A stretch of 64,000 nucleotides of DNA from Limisphaerales bacterium (GTDB lineage: Bacteria > Verrucomicrobiota > Verrucomicrobiia > Limisphaerales > UBA1100): positions 27,364-91,363 of the forward strand of contig JACNJL010000058.1 in assembly GCA_014382585.1 (NCBI GenBank). Direction: 5' to 3'. The stretch's first letter is position 1; every line of letters starts with the position of its first letter. The position numbers and the translations under genes were made by a program. This document shows, one piece after another, positions 1-8,950 of the stretch. The notes under the pieces are model-generated. The model ran no database searches. It was not told the DNA's origin and saw only the letters and a list, made by a program, of their open reading frames with translations.

Positions 1-1
1 C

Positions 2-1894
2 CGAATTGGGGATCCGCGCCCCAAGGATAAGCTGATCATTTTTGAGGATACCAATAATGATGGCAAAGCCGACAAGCAGATTAATTTTGCCGATGATCTG
101 CATATCCCCATCGGTTTTGAAATCTCTCACGACGGAGTTTACGTGTCCCAAAGCGGAAGCCTTGTGCGGTATAAAGACACCAACGGCGACGACCGCTATG
201 ATACTCGGGAGGTGGTGCTTTCCGGGTTTGATGATCACGACACCCACCACGCCATCTCAGCGTTCTGCGCCGACCCTTCCGGTGCCTTTATCATGTGTGA
301 AGGCGTGTTTCTTCACAGCAATGTGGAGTCGGTATTTGGTCCGCAACGCGGAACCAATGGCGGATTTTTCCGGTACAGTCCGCAGCGCAAGACAATCATC
401 CGCTACTCTCAGTTCAGTATCCCCAACCCTTGGGGCGTTGCCTTTGACAACTATGGGCAGGATCTTTTCCTTCATACATCAGGCACAAGCTTGTCCTGGA
501 TGCTTCCCGGGTCAGTCAAGGCACGGTATGGAGCTAATTTAAAAGCCCCCAATATCATTACTTCAAATAATGTTCGCCCGACCTCCGGTGTGGAATTTGT
601 TTCCAGCCGGCATTTCCCTGAAGAAGTTCAAGGCGACGTTTTAATCAACAACAACATTGGCTTTCTCGGGGCCAAGCAGCACAAGATAATCGATACGGAT
701 CCGGGCTTCACAACGGAGTTCCGACACGACCTGTTTGTTTCCAAGGACCTGAACTTTCGCCCCACGGACTTGGAATTCGCTCCGGATGGTTCACTTTACG
801 TGGTCGATTGGCACAATGCATTGATCGGACACATGCAGCATAGTGCGCGGGATCCCAATCGTGACCACGCTCATGGTCGTGTTTACCGTATCACCTACCC
901 ATCCCGCCCTTTAGTTAAGCCGGCAAAAATTGCCGGGGCAGCCATCCCCCAGTTACTGGAAAACCTAAAGCTCCACGAGTACCGTTCGCGTTACCGGACG
1001 CGAAGGGAGTTGCGCGGCAGAGATGCGGACTCGGTGGTCAAAGCCACGCGTGCCTGGGTAAAGAACTTGCCGAAAGATGCAGATGAACGCCTGAAGCTGG
1101 AAGCCCTGTGGGTCACATGGGGTGCCGGGCAAATTGATGTAGCACTCCTAAAACAATTACTTGGCTCTGGAGATCACCGCGTTCGTTCCGCAGCAGTCCG
1201 CGTATTGCGCTTCAACCTCAAGCAGGTAAAGAATCACAAGGAACTACTCACCAAGGCGGCAACCGATTCCCACGGTCGGGTACGCATAGAGGCGACGGTT
1301 GCCGCATCCTTCCTTGGCAAAAAAGATGGCCTAGAAGTTTTGGCAGCGGCCGAGCCCAAAGGGATTGCTCCCACCTACAAGCAAACTATGGATTTCGCCA
1401 AAGGCGTCCTTGAAAACACCCCCGTACCTCCTGCCGTTCATAGGTCACGGCTCCAACCCCCCGCGCATCTCTCCAAGGCGGAGGCAAAACTCTATGTCCT
1501 GGGCGAGGAAATTTATAATCGGGATGCCCACTGCGCCACCTGTCACCAACCCAATGGCAAAGGCTTGCCGGAATCGGGATTCCCCCCATTGGCTGGCACA
1601 TTATGGTCCAATGGAGATCCGGAACGGTTAATTAAACTAACTCTCAAGGGATTACTTGGGCCGATTGAAGTGAAGGGCAAAAAATATCCCGGCCAGGTGC
1701 CGATGACCCCCTTTGAATCGCTATTGAATGATAATGAAATCGCTGCCGTGCTTACCTTTGTTCGTAATTCCTATGGGAATGAAGCCTCAGTGATCAGCCC
1801 TGCGCAGGTATCTCGTGTACGCAATTCGGTAAAGGATATGAGGGGACTCTATAATCCGGCCGATTTACTGAAGGAACATCCCCACAACAAATAG
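2..1894 (+). CDS. PVC-type heme-binding CxxCH protein, 5' end cut by the window edge (dehydrogenase-like region, HEAT-like repeats, C-terminal cytochrome c domain)
   Basis: The frame of the listed 143..1894 ORF stays open back to nt 2 (RIGDPRPKDKLIIFEDTNNDGKADKQ...), so the gene starts upstream of the window. C-terminal heme motif CATCH (DAHCATCHQPNGKG) plus LNDNEIAAVLTFVRNSYGN tail. HRVRSAAVRVL / GRVRIEATVAA HEAT-like repeats. Confidence 0.7.
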   Translation, partial: RIGDPRPKDKLIIFEDTNNDGKADKQINFADDLHIPIGFEISHDGVYVSQSGSLVRYKDTNGDDRYDTREVVLSGFDDHDTHHAISAFCADPSGAFIMCEGVFLHSNVESVFGPQRGTNGGFFRYSPQRKTIIRYSQFSIPNPWGVAFDNYGQDLFLHTSGTSLSWMLPGSVKARYGANLKAPNIITSNNVRPTSGVEFVSSRHFPEEVQGDVLINNNIGFLGAKQHKIIDTDPGFTTEFRHDLFVSKDLNFRPTDLEFAPDGSLYVVDWHNALIGHMQHSARDPNRDHAHGRVYRITYPSRPLVKPAKIAGAAIPQLLENLKLHEYRSRYRTRRELRGRDADSVVKATRAWVKNLPKDADERLKLEALWVTWGAGQIDVALLKQLLGSGDHRVRSAAVRVLRFNLKQVKNHKELLTKAATDSHGRVRIEATVAASFLGKKDGLEVLAAAEPKGIAPTYKQTMDFAKGVLENTPVPPAVHRSRLQPPAHLSKAEAKLYVLGEEIYNRDAHCATCHQPNGKGLPESGFPPLAGTLWSNGDPERLIKLTLKGLLGPIEVKGKKYPGQVPMTPFESLLNDNEIAAVLTFVRNSYGNEASVISPAQVSRVRNSVKDMRGLYNPADLLKEHPHNK

Positions 1895-2122
1895 ATCTTC
1901 ATTAGGTTTGAGCCCAAAAACCACGCAACCCTTGTGGCCCTCAACGTGGCCGTGAAGGGCGAAGACAGGACGTGGCAACGTGGATACGCACAGGCGCTTG
2001 GGGACATTCACCGGACGTTGGATCGATTGATCAAGATCACGGTTAATGGAACAGAGCGCAATCCGGGCTCGAATTGAATTTCTCTTTCGCTTTCCCCCCT
2101 GCCCCGCTAGGTTGCCGCGCGT

Positions 2123-3535
2123 ATGGCATTGCACTTGCATAATACTCTTTCGCGAAAGGTGAACCCGTTTGAACCGTTGAACCCCAACGGCGCGGTCGGA
2201 ATGTATTGCTGTGGGCCAACGGTTCATGACTTCGCGCACATTGGGAATTTCCGGACATTTGTGTTTGCCGATCTGGTGAGACGTTACCTCGAATTCCGAG
2301 GATACGAAGTGAACCACGTGATGAACATCACGGATGTGGAAGATAAAATCATCCGGCGTGTGCGCGAGCAAAACACCACGCTTGCCGAATACACCACGAA
2401 ATATCAGGAGGCATTTTTTGCTGACCTCAAAGTGCTTAACTGCACCGAGGCACACCACATTCCAAAGGCGACCGATCACATTCCGGAGATGATCGATCTC
2501 ATTAGTAAACTCATGGAGCGTGGCATTGCGTATCAAGCGGCGGATCAGTCGATTTATTTTTCCATCGAAAATTATCAGAGTTGCGGCTGCCAATACGGGC
2601 GGCTGGTGAATCTCAACTTTGACGAAATGCGGCAAGGCGAGCGCGTGAGCGATGACGAATACGAAAAGGAATCGCTGGCGGACTTCGCCCTATGGAAAGC
2701 GCGGGTGCCGGATGATGGCGACGTTTATTGGCCCAGCCCATGGGGCGAAGGCCGTCCGGGATGGCACATTGAGTGCAGCGCGATGAGCATGAAATTGCTC
2801 GGCACAAGTTTTGATTTGCACCTCGGCGGCGAGGATTTGGCCTTCCCGCATCACGAGGATGAAATTGCCCAAAGCGAAGGCGCGGGCGTTCAGGAGGAAG
2901 GCAAGCCGTTCGTGAAGCATTGGCTGCACGGCGCGCACCTTTTGGTGGAAGGCAAAAAGATGAGCAAAAGCCTCGGCAACTTTTACACGCTGCGCGATCT
3001 CATCGATAAAGGCTACGACGGCCGCGAGGTGCGCCAACTAATGATCAGTGCGCACTATCGCGAGACATTCAATTTCACAATGTCCGGCCTCGACGGCGCG
3101 CGCACGGCGATGAATCGCATCGACGAATGCGTCAGCAAACTCCATGAGCTGGCTGAGGGTGCTACTGCGAATGCCGCACCGGAAGTCATCAAAAAATTCA
3201 CCACTGCACTCGACGACGACCTCAATGTTTCCAGCGCGTGGGGCGTGGTGTTCGATTGGGTGCGCGACTGCAACCGCCGCCTTGCCGAAAACCAAATGGA
3301 CGCCACCACCGCCGCCGCCGAATTGGCCGCGTGGGAAAGCATCGACACCGTCCTCGCTGTGGGCAAAGCCGAAGAGGAAGCACCAGCGGAACTCACCGCC
3401 CTGCTCGAAGAACGCGCCGAAGCGCGCACGGCAAAAGATTTCGCACGCGCGGATGCGATTCGTAATGAGTTGGCAGAACAGGGATGGGCAATTGAGGATA
3501 CGGCAAAGGGAGCGAAACTGAAGCGGGCAAAATGA
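2123..3535 (+). CDS. cysS: cysteine--tRNA ligase
   Basis: Class I aaRS signatures HIGN (FAHIGNFRTF) and KMSKS (GKKMSKSLGNF). 470 aa, typical CysS length. Confidence 0.95.
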   Translation: MALHLHNTLSRKVNPFEPLNPNGAVGMYCCGPTVHDFAHIGNFRTFVFADLVRRYLEFRGYEVNHVMNITDVEDKIIRRVREQNTTLAEYTTKYQEAFFADLKVLNCTEAHHIPKATDHIPEMIDLISKLMERGIAYQAADQSIYFSIENYQSCGCQYGRLVNLNFDEMRQGERVSDDEYEKESLADFALWKARVPDDGDVYWPSPWGEGRPGWHIECSAMSMKLLGTSFDLHLGGEDLAFPHHEDEIAQSEGAGVQEEGKPFVKHWLHGAHLLVEGKKMSKSLGNFYTLRDLIDKGYDGREVRQLMISAHYRETFNFTMSGLDGARTAMNRIDECVSKLHELAEGATANAAPEVIKKFTTALDDDLNVSSAWGVVFDWVRDCNRRLAENQMDATTAAAELAAWESIDTVLAVGKAEEEAPAELTALLEERAEARTAKDFARADAIRNELAEQGWAIEDTAKGAKLKRAK

Positions 3536-3544
3536 CCAAGCCTC

Positions 3545-3654
3545 CAATGACCAAATCCCAAGGAAAAACCAAAACCCAAATCCCAATTGACGGAGGGAAA
3601 ATTTGGGCATTGATTCATTGGGCATTCCTTGGTCATTGCTCATTGCTCATTGGG
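3545..3654. repeat. long imperfect palindromic intergenic element with tandem CTCATTG heptamers (REP/MITE-like)
   Basis: caatgaccaa (3545-3554) is the exact reverse complement of ttggtcattg (3629-3638). Inner arms are cccaaat (3575-3581) / atttggg (3601-3607) and ccaaggaa (3558-3565) / ttccttgg (3625-3632). gtcattgctcattgctcattggg lies at 3632-3654. The element fills the cysS-tmk gap. Confidence 0.5.
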
Positions 3655-3663
3655 AATTAAAAA

Positions 3664-4281
3664 ATGTCTCTTTTCATCACATTCGAAGGCACCGAAGGCT
3701 GCGGCAAATCGACGCACATTCACAAGCTCACTGAGCGCTTGCAGGCGGCGGGGCACACGGTGCGCGTCGTGCGCGAGCCGGGCGGTACAGAGAGTGGCGA
3801 ACAAATCCGTAAACTGCTCAAGCACGGCCCGAAAAATCTCACCGCCGAGGCTGAGCTATTGCTGATGAACGCCAGTCGCGCACAGTTGGTGCGGGAAGTC
3901 ATCCGCTCCGCATTGGCGGCGGGAGAGGTAGTTTTGTGCGATCGATTTTATGATTCCACCACCGTTTATCAAGGCGCGGGGCGCGGGCTGGATGCGGCGC
4001 AGGTGCAGGCGATTATCGATTTTGCCGTGGGCGAAACACGACCGAATTTGACGATTTTTCTGCAAATTCCGCTGGAAATCAGCGAAAAACGCCGCGCCAA
4101 TCGGCAAGGCACCGATCGGTTTGAGTCCGCAAATCGGGAATTTTTCCAGCGAATCGAGGCCGGTTATGCCGCGCTGGCGAAATCCGAACCGGAGCGCATC
4201 CACACTATTAACGCCGATCGACCGCTCAATGCCGTGCAAGCGGACATTTGGACGACGGTTTCCAGTTTACTGAAAAGTTGA
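3664..4281 (+). CDS. tmk: thymidylate kinase
   Basis: N-terminal P-loop ITFEGTEGCGKSTH, REPGGT motif, 205 aa. Confidence 0.93.
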   Translation: MSLFITFEGTEGCGKSTHIHKLTERLQAAGHTVRVVREPGGTESGEQIRKLLKHGPKNLTAEAELLLMNASRAQLVREVIRSALAAGEVVLCDRFYDSTTVYQGAGRGLDAAQVQAIIDFAVGETRPNLTIFLQIPLEISEKRRANRQGTDRFESANREFFQRIEAGYAALAKSEPERIHTINADRPLNAVQADIWTTVSSLLKS

Positions 4282-4333
4282 GAAAGCCGTTGACATTCCC
4301 GCTAGTTCCGCTAATTTCCCGCTCCCTTTTCGT

Positions 4334-4657
4334 ATGGCTAATCAGGTAAACATTAAAATCAAGAAGGTCAAAGACCTCAAATCCGAGGAACGCCTCGCTT
4401 GGCGGCGCGATTATCTTTCACGCAAAACCGGCCGCAAGACCGAGCACAATTTGCGCGTGAAAGAGAACATCTCCAACCTCCGCCGCACGCTGCGTCAAGT
4501 GACCGCCAATGGCGACCAAGCCAAGGCAACCGAGACGCTGCAGAAATTGCAGAGCGCGCTGGACAAAGCCGCGAAGGTGGGCGTGATGCACAAGCGCACC
4601 GCTGCCCGCCGCAAGAGTCGCCTCAGCAAAAGCGTGGCCGCGCTGAAAACTGCGTAA
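4334..4657 (+). CDS. rpsT: 30S ribosomal protein S20
   Basis: Small, very basic protein. C-terminal HKRTAARRKSRLSK block typical of S20. Followed by an intrinsic terminator. Confidence 0.85.
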   Translation: MANQVNIKIKKVKDLKSEERLAWRRDYLSRKTGRKTEHNLRVKENISNLRRTLRQVTANGDQAKATETLQKLQSALDKAAKVGVMHKRTAARRKSRLSKSVAALKTA

Positions 4658-4680
4658 CCGGTTAGCAAAAAAAATTCAAA

Positions 4681-4708
4681 CGCCCGATGAACAGTCGGGC
4701 GTTTTTTT
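4681..4708 (+). terminator. rho-independent terminator of rpsT
   Basis: cgcccga (4681-4687) pairs with tcgggcg (4695-4701) around a 7-nt loop, followed by T7 (4702-4708). Confidence 0.8.
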
Positions 4709-4743
4709 ATCGTCCAAATTCTGTGGCGTGGTAAGTTTCGTTT

Positions 4744-6078
4744 ATGCGAATCACTTTGTTTGCCCTGACCCTCTGTGCACTTTCTCTAACAGCTGCTGCG
4801 CGTAAACCGAATGTCATCATTATTTATACTGATGATCAGGGATCGGTAGACTTGAATTGCTACGGCTCGAAAGACCTTGTCACGCCGCACATGGATGAGC
4901 TGGCTAAGCGCGGTGTGCGTTTTACACAATTTTATGCGTCAGCACCGGTATGCTCCCCTTCACGAGCCGGACTTTTAACGGGCCGTTATCCGTTGCGCGC
5001 GGGCATGCCAGGCAATGCCGGCTCTACTAAAGGCAAAGCCGGCCTCGCCGCCAGTGAAGTCACGATCGCTGAGACTATGAAAGCAGACGGTTACAGAACA
5101 GCCCACATTGGCAAGTGGCATCTGGGTTACACTCCTGAAACGATGCCAAACAATCAGGGCTTTGATTATTCGTTCGGGCACATGGGTGGCTGCATCGACA
5201 ATTATTCCCATTTCTTTTATTGGCAAGGCCCTAACCGGCATGATCTCTGGCGTAACGGTAAAGAAGTTTTTGAGGACGGTAAATTCTTTCCCGAACTTAT
5301 GGCTGCGGAAGCGGGGAAGTTTATCCAGCAAAACCAAGACAAACCTTTCTTTATGTATTTTGCCTTGAATACGCCACATTACCCATATCAGGGATATGCA
5401 ACATGGCTCAAGCAATACAAAAATCTCCCCTCCCCCCGCAATCTTTACGCCGCGTTTCTATCCACGCAGGATGAGGCGATAGGCCAACTGGTCGGCACGG
5501 TGGATCGGCTTGGACTGCGTAAGAATACGATCATTATTTTCCAAAGCGATCATGGCCATAGTCACGAGGAACGCGCTCATTTTGGAGGGGGAAGTTCAGG
5601 CCCGTATCGCGGGGCAAAATTTTCCATGTTTGAAGGAGGCTTACGTGTGCCTGCAATCATCAGCTGGCCGGGAAGTTTACCGGAAGGTGCAGTGCGAAAT
5701 CAGATAGCCCATAGCTGCGACTGGCTACCAACCATTGCTGAGCTTACAGGGTCCAAGCTGTTACAAAAGGATATCGACGGCAAAAGCATTGTGAGTGTAA
5801 TCAAAAATGATCAAGCCAAGACACCGCATGATGTGTTGCATTGGCAGACAGGACGTGGAAAACAGCCGCGCTGGGCAGTACGTCAGGGTGACTGGAAACT
5901 AATCGGCAACCCGCAAGACACTAGCAACAAGGCACCCTTAACGGCAAAAGACCAACTCTTCCTCGTAAATTTAAGGGAAAGTGTGAGCGAGATGAAAAAT
6001 CTGGCAGCGAATCACCCGGACATTACCCAACGCCTGAAAAAACTTCACGACGACTGGGCGAATAATAACACAAAGTAA
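4744..6078 (+). CDS. secreted S1-family sulfatase (Cys-type formylglycine)
   Basis: Signal peptide, DDQG metal site, and the C-x-P-x-R maturation motif in PVCSPSRAGLLTGRYP. GKWHLG motif. Confidence 0.9.
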   Translation: MRITLFALTLCALSLTAAARKPNVIIIYTDDQGSVDLNCYGSKDLVTPHMDELAKRGVRFTQFYASAPVCSPSRAGLLTGRYPLRAGMPGNAGSTKGKAGLAASEVTIAETMKADGYRTAHIGKWHLGYTPETMPNNQGFDYSFGHMGGCIDNYSHFFYWQGPNRHDLWRNGKEVFEDGKFFPELMAAEAGKFIQQNQDKPFFMYFALNTPHYPYQGYATWLKQYKNLPSPRNLYAAFLSTQDEAIGQLVGTVDRLGLRKNTIIIFQSDHGHSHEERAHFGGGSSGPYRGAKFSMFEGGLRVPAIISWPGSLPEGAVRNQIAHSCDWLPTIAELTGSKLLQKDIDGKSIVSVIKNDQAKTPHDVLHWQTGRGKQPRWAVRQGDWKLIGNPQDTSNKAPLTAKDQLFLVNLRESVSEMKNLAANHPDITQRLKKLHDDWANNNTK

Positions 6079-6086
6079 ATTAGACA

Positions 6087-6938
6087 CTACTTCGACTGTG
6101 CCAGCATCCACTGGATAATGCGTTCACGCGCTTCGGCAGTTGGTGGGGTCACATGCCCCCCCCCATTCACCTTCCAAAGCTCAGTGGTTACAGTCTCATC
6201 CTTGTTGGTAAACCGCGTTATGGTCGTCTCTTTTCCAAGTACCCGCCTTGCCAAATCAATCTTTTCCTTACTGGCGTCCACAGCCTTGTCACATTTGTTG
6301 AACCGGCGCCAATTCTCAAAATTCTCTTCCGCAGAGGGGTAGGCACGAGCAATTATACTTCCGCCTTTCCACTTGATCGTGCTGTCTTTTGTTCCATGAA
6401 TATGCAACACGCTCAACGGATTGTTCGGTTGCTTTGGCCATTTTTTGAAGCCTACCCCGGCGAAAGGAACAATCGCGGTAATCAGATCTGCATGATCCTG
6501 AGCCATTCGGTAGCTCATAAACCCGCCATTGGATAAACCCGTCACATACACTTTCTTCTTATCAATACTGTATTCTTTCCGGGCCCATAGGATCAGGTCA
6601 CGCAGATAGGCTGAATCGTCATGTTTATTCCTAAAGTCACAACAGGCATTGGTCGCATTCCAACTGCGGTCTAACCCGCTGGGAAAGCAATAAAGAAACC
6701 CGTATTTCTCCGCCAAGTCTGCCAGTGGGAAAAATGCCGCCTGACCACGACCGTTAGAGGTGAATCCGTGTAGCGACAGGATGAAGGGATATTTTTTCTT
6801 CGGATCGTAATTCTTGGGCGTGATGATTTTGTAATCGCGCGTATTCTTCCAAGCTGCTTCAGCGGGCTTGAGGGGGGCTGCCGCCTTCAAAGAAAAAGAG
6901 GCGGCAATTAGCAGAGCAACAAAGATGTGTTTCATCAT
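6087..6938 (-). CDS. secreted alpha/beta-hydrolase esterase (PHB-depolymerase / LpqC-like, CE1-type)
   Basis: Signal peptide MMKHIFVALLIAASFSLKAAAP. Nucleophile elbow GLSNGGFM and LHGF oxyanion region. The start could also be 6956 or 6935. Confidence 0.75.
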   Translation of the reverse strand: MMKHIFVALLIAASFSLKAAAPLKPAEAAWKNTRDYKIITPKNYDPKKKYPFILSLHGFTSNGRGQAAFFPLADLAEKYGFLYCFPSGLDRSWNATNACCDFRNKHDDSAYLRDLILWARKEYSIDKKKVYVTGLSNGGFMSYRMAQDHADLITAIVPFAGVGFKKWPKQPNNPLSVLHIHGTKDSTIKWKGGSIIARAYPSAEENFENWRRFNKCDKAVDASKEKIDLARRVLGKETTITRFTNKDETVTTELWKVNGGGHVTPPTAEARERIIQWMLAQSK

Positions 6939-6987
6939 TGGATTAAAATACGGCAATTCTCGGATAAGGGTTACATTGCCCGTGCAT

Positions 6988-8013
6988 TTAATTCATATGC
7001 AGCACGGCCTTGATCACCCCTGTTTCCGGCTTAAGCCAGTTGGGGAACTCACCGATGAAATCGTCGTAACTGGCTTGATGCGAGAGCCATGGATCGGTGT
7101 CTATGACGCCCTCTTCGATGAGGCCGATGATGCGCTGGAAATCGCCTGGCAACGCATTGCGCGATGCTTTGATAGTGATTTCAGGCCGGTGAATGGTCAC
7201 ATGTTTGAAACTCAACTCCTGCGTGGTGATGCCCACGTACAACACCTGCCCCGTGAACGCGCAAAATTGAAATGCGTTGGACATCGAGACGTGACTGCCC
7301 GTGGCGTCGATGACCGTGGTCGGCAACTCCCCGCCGTTCACTTCCCGTAATCGCTCGACCTCGGTGCCATCATTTTTGAAAATCACCGTGTGATCCACGC
7401 CGAGCTTGCCCTTGCAAAACTGCAGACGCGTTTCGTTCATATCCATTACTGTGATTTCGGTTTGGGCCACTTTCAAAAACTCAATCACCGCCATTCCAAT
7501 TGGCCCCGCGCCAATCACCAAAACTTTGTCGCCTTTGCTGGAAGCCGCACGATTTACACAGTTGCAACCAATCGCCAGCGTTTCCACCAGCGCCAACTGA
7601 TCCATCGTCATTTTTTTTGATGGATGCAATTTCCGCGCCGGCAAAATAAACCGCTCACACATCCCGCCATTCTTATGCACGCCAATGACTTCCAACGATT
7701 CACAACAATTCGTCGCGCCCTTGCGACAGGCAAAACACTCGCCACAATTCATATAAGGCTCCACCGCGCAGTGATCGCCCTCCTGCACATTGTGCACTCC
7801 TTCTCCCACCGCCAACACCGTCACCCCCAACTCATGTCCGGGAATCACCGGATACGTATAAAACGGCATCTTTCCAAGGTACCCCGACACATCCGTACCA
7901 CAAATCCCCACCCGGGACACCTCCACCAACGCCTCGCACGAGCGCGGCAATTCCGGTTCATCAATAATTGCAGTGGTGAATTGCTCAGGCTTTTCAAGAA
8001 TAATTGCTTTCAT
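6988..8013 (-). CDS. zinc-dependent alcohol dehydrogenase, L-galactonate-5-dehydrogenase-like
   Basis: MDR Zn-ADH motifs: GICGTDVSGY, PGHE, the structural-Zn cluster CGECFACRKGATNCC, and GAGPIG Rossmann. By memory, the overall pattern resembles E. coli LgoD/YjjN. Confidence 0.8.
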   Translation of the reverse strand: MKAIILEKPEQFTTAIIDEPELPRSCEALVEVSRVGICGTDVSGYLGKMPFYTYPVIPGHELGVTVLAVGEGVHNVQEGDHCAVEPYMNCGECFACRKGATNCCESLEVIGVHKNGGMCERFILPARKLHPSKKMTMDQLALVETLAIGCNCVNRAASSKGDKVLVIGAGPIGMAVIEFLKVAQTEITVMDMNETRLQFCKGKLGVDHTVIFKNDGTEVERLREVNGGELPTTVIDATGSHVSMSNAFQFCAFTGQVLYVGITTQELSFKHVTIHRPEITIKASRNALPGDFQRIIGLIEEGVIDTDPWLSHQASYDDFIGEFPNWLKPETGVIKAVLHMN

Positions 8014-8019
8014 AAAAAT

Positions 8020-8949
8020 CTAGTTATTGTTCGGCAAGCCCTCAATGTGCCCAATGTCTTTGACTGGTTCAATAATGGCCAGCACTTCGGTGAGCAGCTC
8101 TTCATCCATCGGAGACGCCGCCCATTTGGCCCAGTTACGAACGTTATCGGGGTTGGCGCTGCCGGCGATGGTGGTGGTGATGTTTTTGTTGGCCACGCAG
8201 AATTGGACGGCGAGCTGCGCGATATCCACGCCTTTGCTGGCGCAGTGGTCGGCAGCCTGTTTGCAGGCGGCACGGACTTCTTCCGGCTCTTTGTGCCACG
8301 CGGGCAAGGTCGCATTCGTGAGCAGCCGCGCGCAAAAAGGGCCGGCGTTCATGATGCCGACTTTCTTTTGTTTGAGATAATCGAAGTGCTCGGCGAAGCG
8401 GGTGTTTTGCAAATGATAATTATTATAAGAGAGCACCACGTCCACATCGATTTGGTCGAGGATGAACGGGAAAATTTTCATTGGATACCCGGAGAAGCCA
8501 ATGTAGCGCACCTTGCCCGCATCGCGGACTTTTTGAATCGCGGGAATGGTTTCGTCGACGATCTGTTGCAAGTCCACAAATTCAATGTCGTGGCAAAGAA
8601 TGATGTCGAGATGATCAATTCCCATACGGTGAAGACTAACGTCAATACTTTCCACCACGCGCTTGGCGGAGAAATCGAAATGCGCCAAATCGTACCGGCC
8701 CAGCTTTGTGCCGAGTATAAACTCTTCACGCGGCAAATCACGCAACACCTGCCCAAGCAACACCTCACTCATACCGCGCCCGTAAAACGGCGAGGTGTCA
8801 ATGAAGTTCATCCCCAAATCCAGCGCTACGCGACAAGACCGCAATGCCTCTTCAATCGTCACCCGCCGAAACTCCTGCCCCAATGACGACGCGCCATACG
8901 AGATGACCGGCAATTCAAGATCCGTGTTGCCCAGCTTGCGGCGCTTCAT
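8020..8949 (-). CDS. aldo/keto reductase, L-galactose (L-fucose) 1-dehydrogenase-like
   Basis: AKR motifs FIDTSPFYGRGMSE and FDFSAKRVVESIDVSLHRMGIDHLDIILCHDIEF closely resemble plant/bacterial L-galactose dehydrogenases. I moved the start to the ATG at 8949 (MKRRKLGN), 1 nt after the upstream TGA. The listed start at 9000 would overlap the upstream gene by 50 nt. Confidence 0.8.
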   Translation of the reverse strand: MKRRKLGNTDLELPVISYGASSLGQEFRRVTIEEALRSCRVALDLGMNFIDTSPFYGRGMSEVLLGQVLRDLPREEFILGTKLGRYDLAHFDFSAKRVVESIDVSLHRMGIDHLDIILCHDIEFVDLQQIVDETIPAIQKVRDAGKVRYIGFSGYPMKIFPFILDQIDVDVVLSYNNYHLQNTRFAEHFDYLKQKKVGIMNAGPFCARLLTNATLPAWHKEPEEVRAACKQAADHCASKGVDIAQLAVQFCVANKNITTTIAGSANPDNVRNWAKWAASPMDEELLTEVLAIIEPVKDIGHIEGLPNNN

Positions 8950-8950
8950 A

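Noticed and set aside
3038-3643. 201-aa and 193-aa minus-strand ORFs starting MSNDQGMPNE / MTKECPMNQ.
   Set aside because: Their starts lie inside the palindromic intergenic repeat, and the rest is antisense to the cysS 3' end. They are an artefact of the repeat element.
3632-3654. CRISPR-like or tandem-repeat arrays anywhere in the window.
   Set aside because: Only very short heptamer or hexamer tandems occur (3632-3654, 26815-28, 47765-47803). There are no 25-40-nt direct repeats with unique spacers and no cas genes.
7624-8886. 420-aa plus-strand ORF, the longest unassigned ORF in the track.
   Set aside because: It lies entirely antisense to the well-supported Zn-ADH and AKR genes. The translation is His/Arg/Gly/Leu-rich low-complexity sequence without motifs. 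This is a typical shadow ORF of GC-rich coding DNA.
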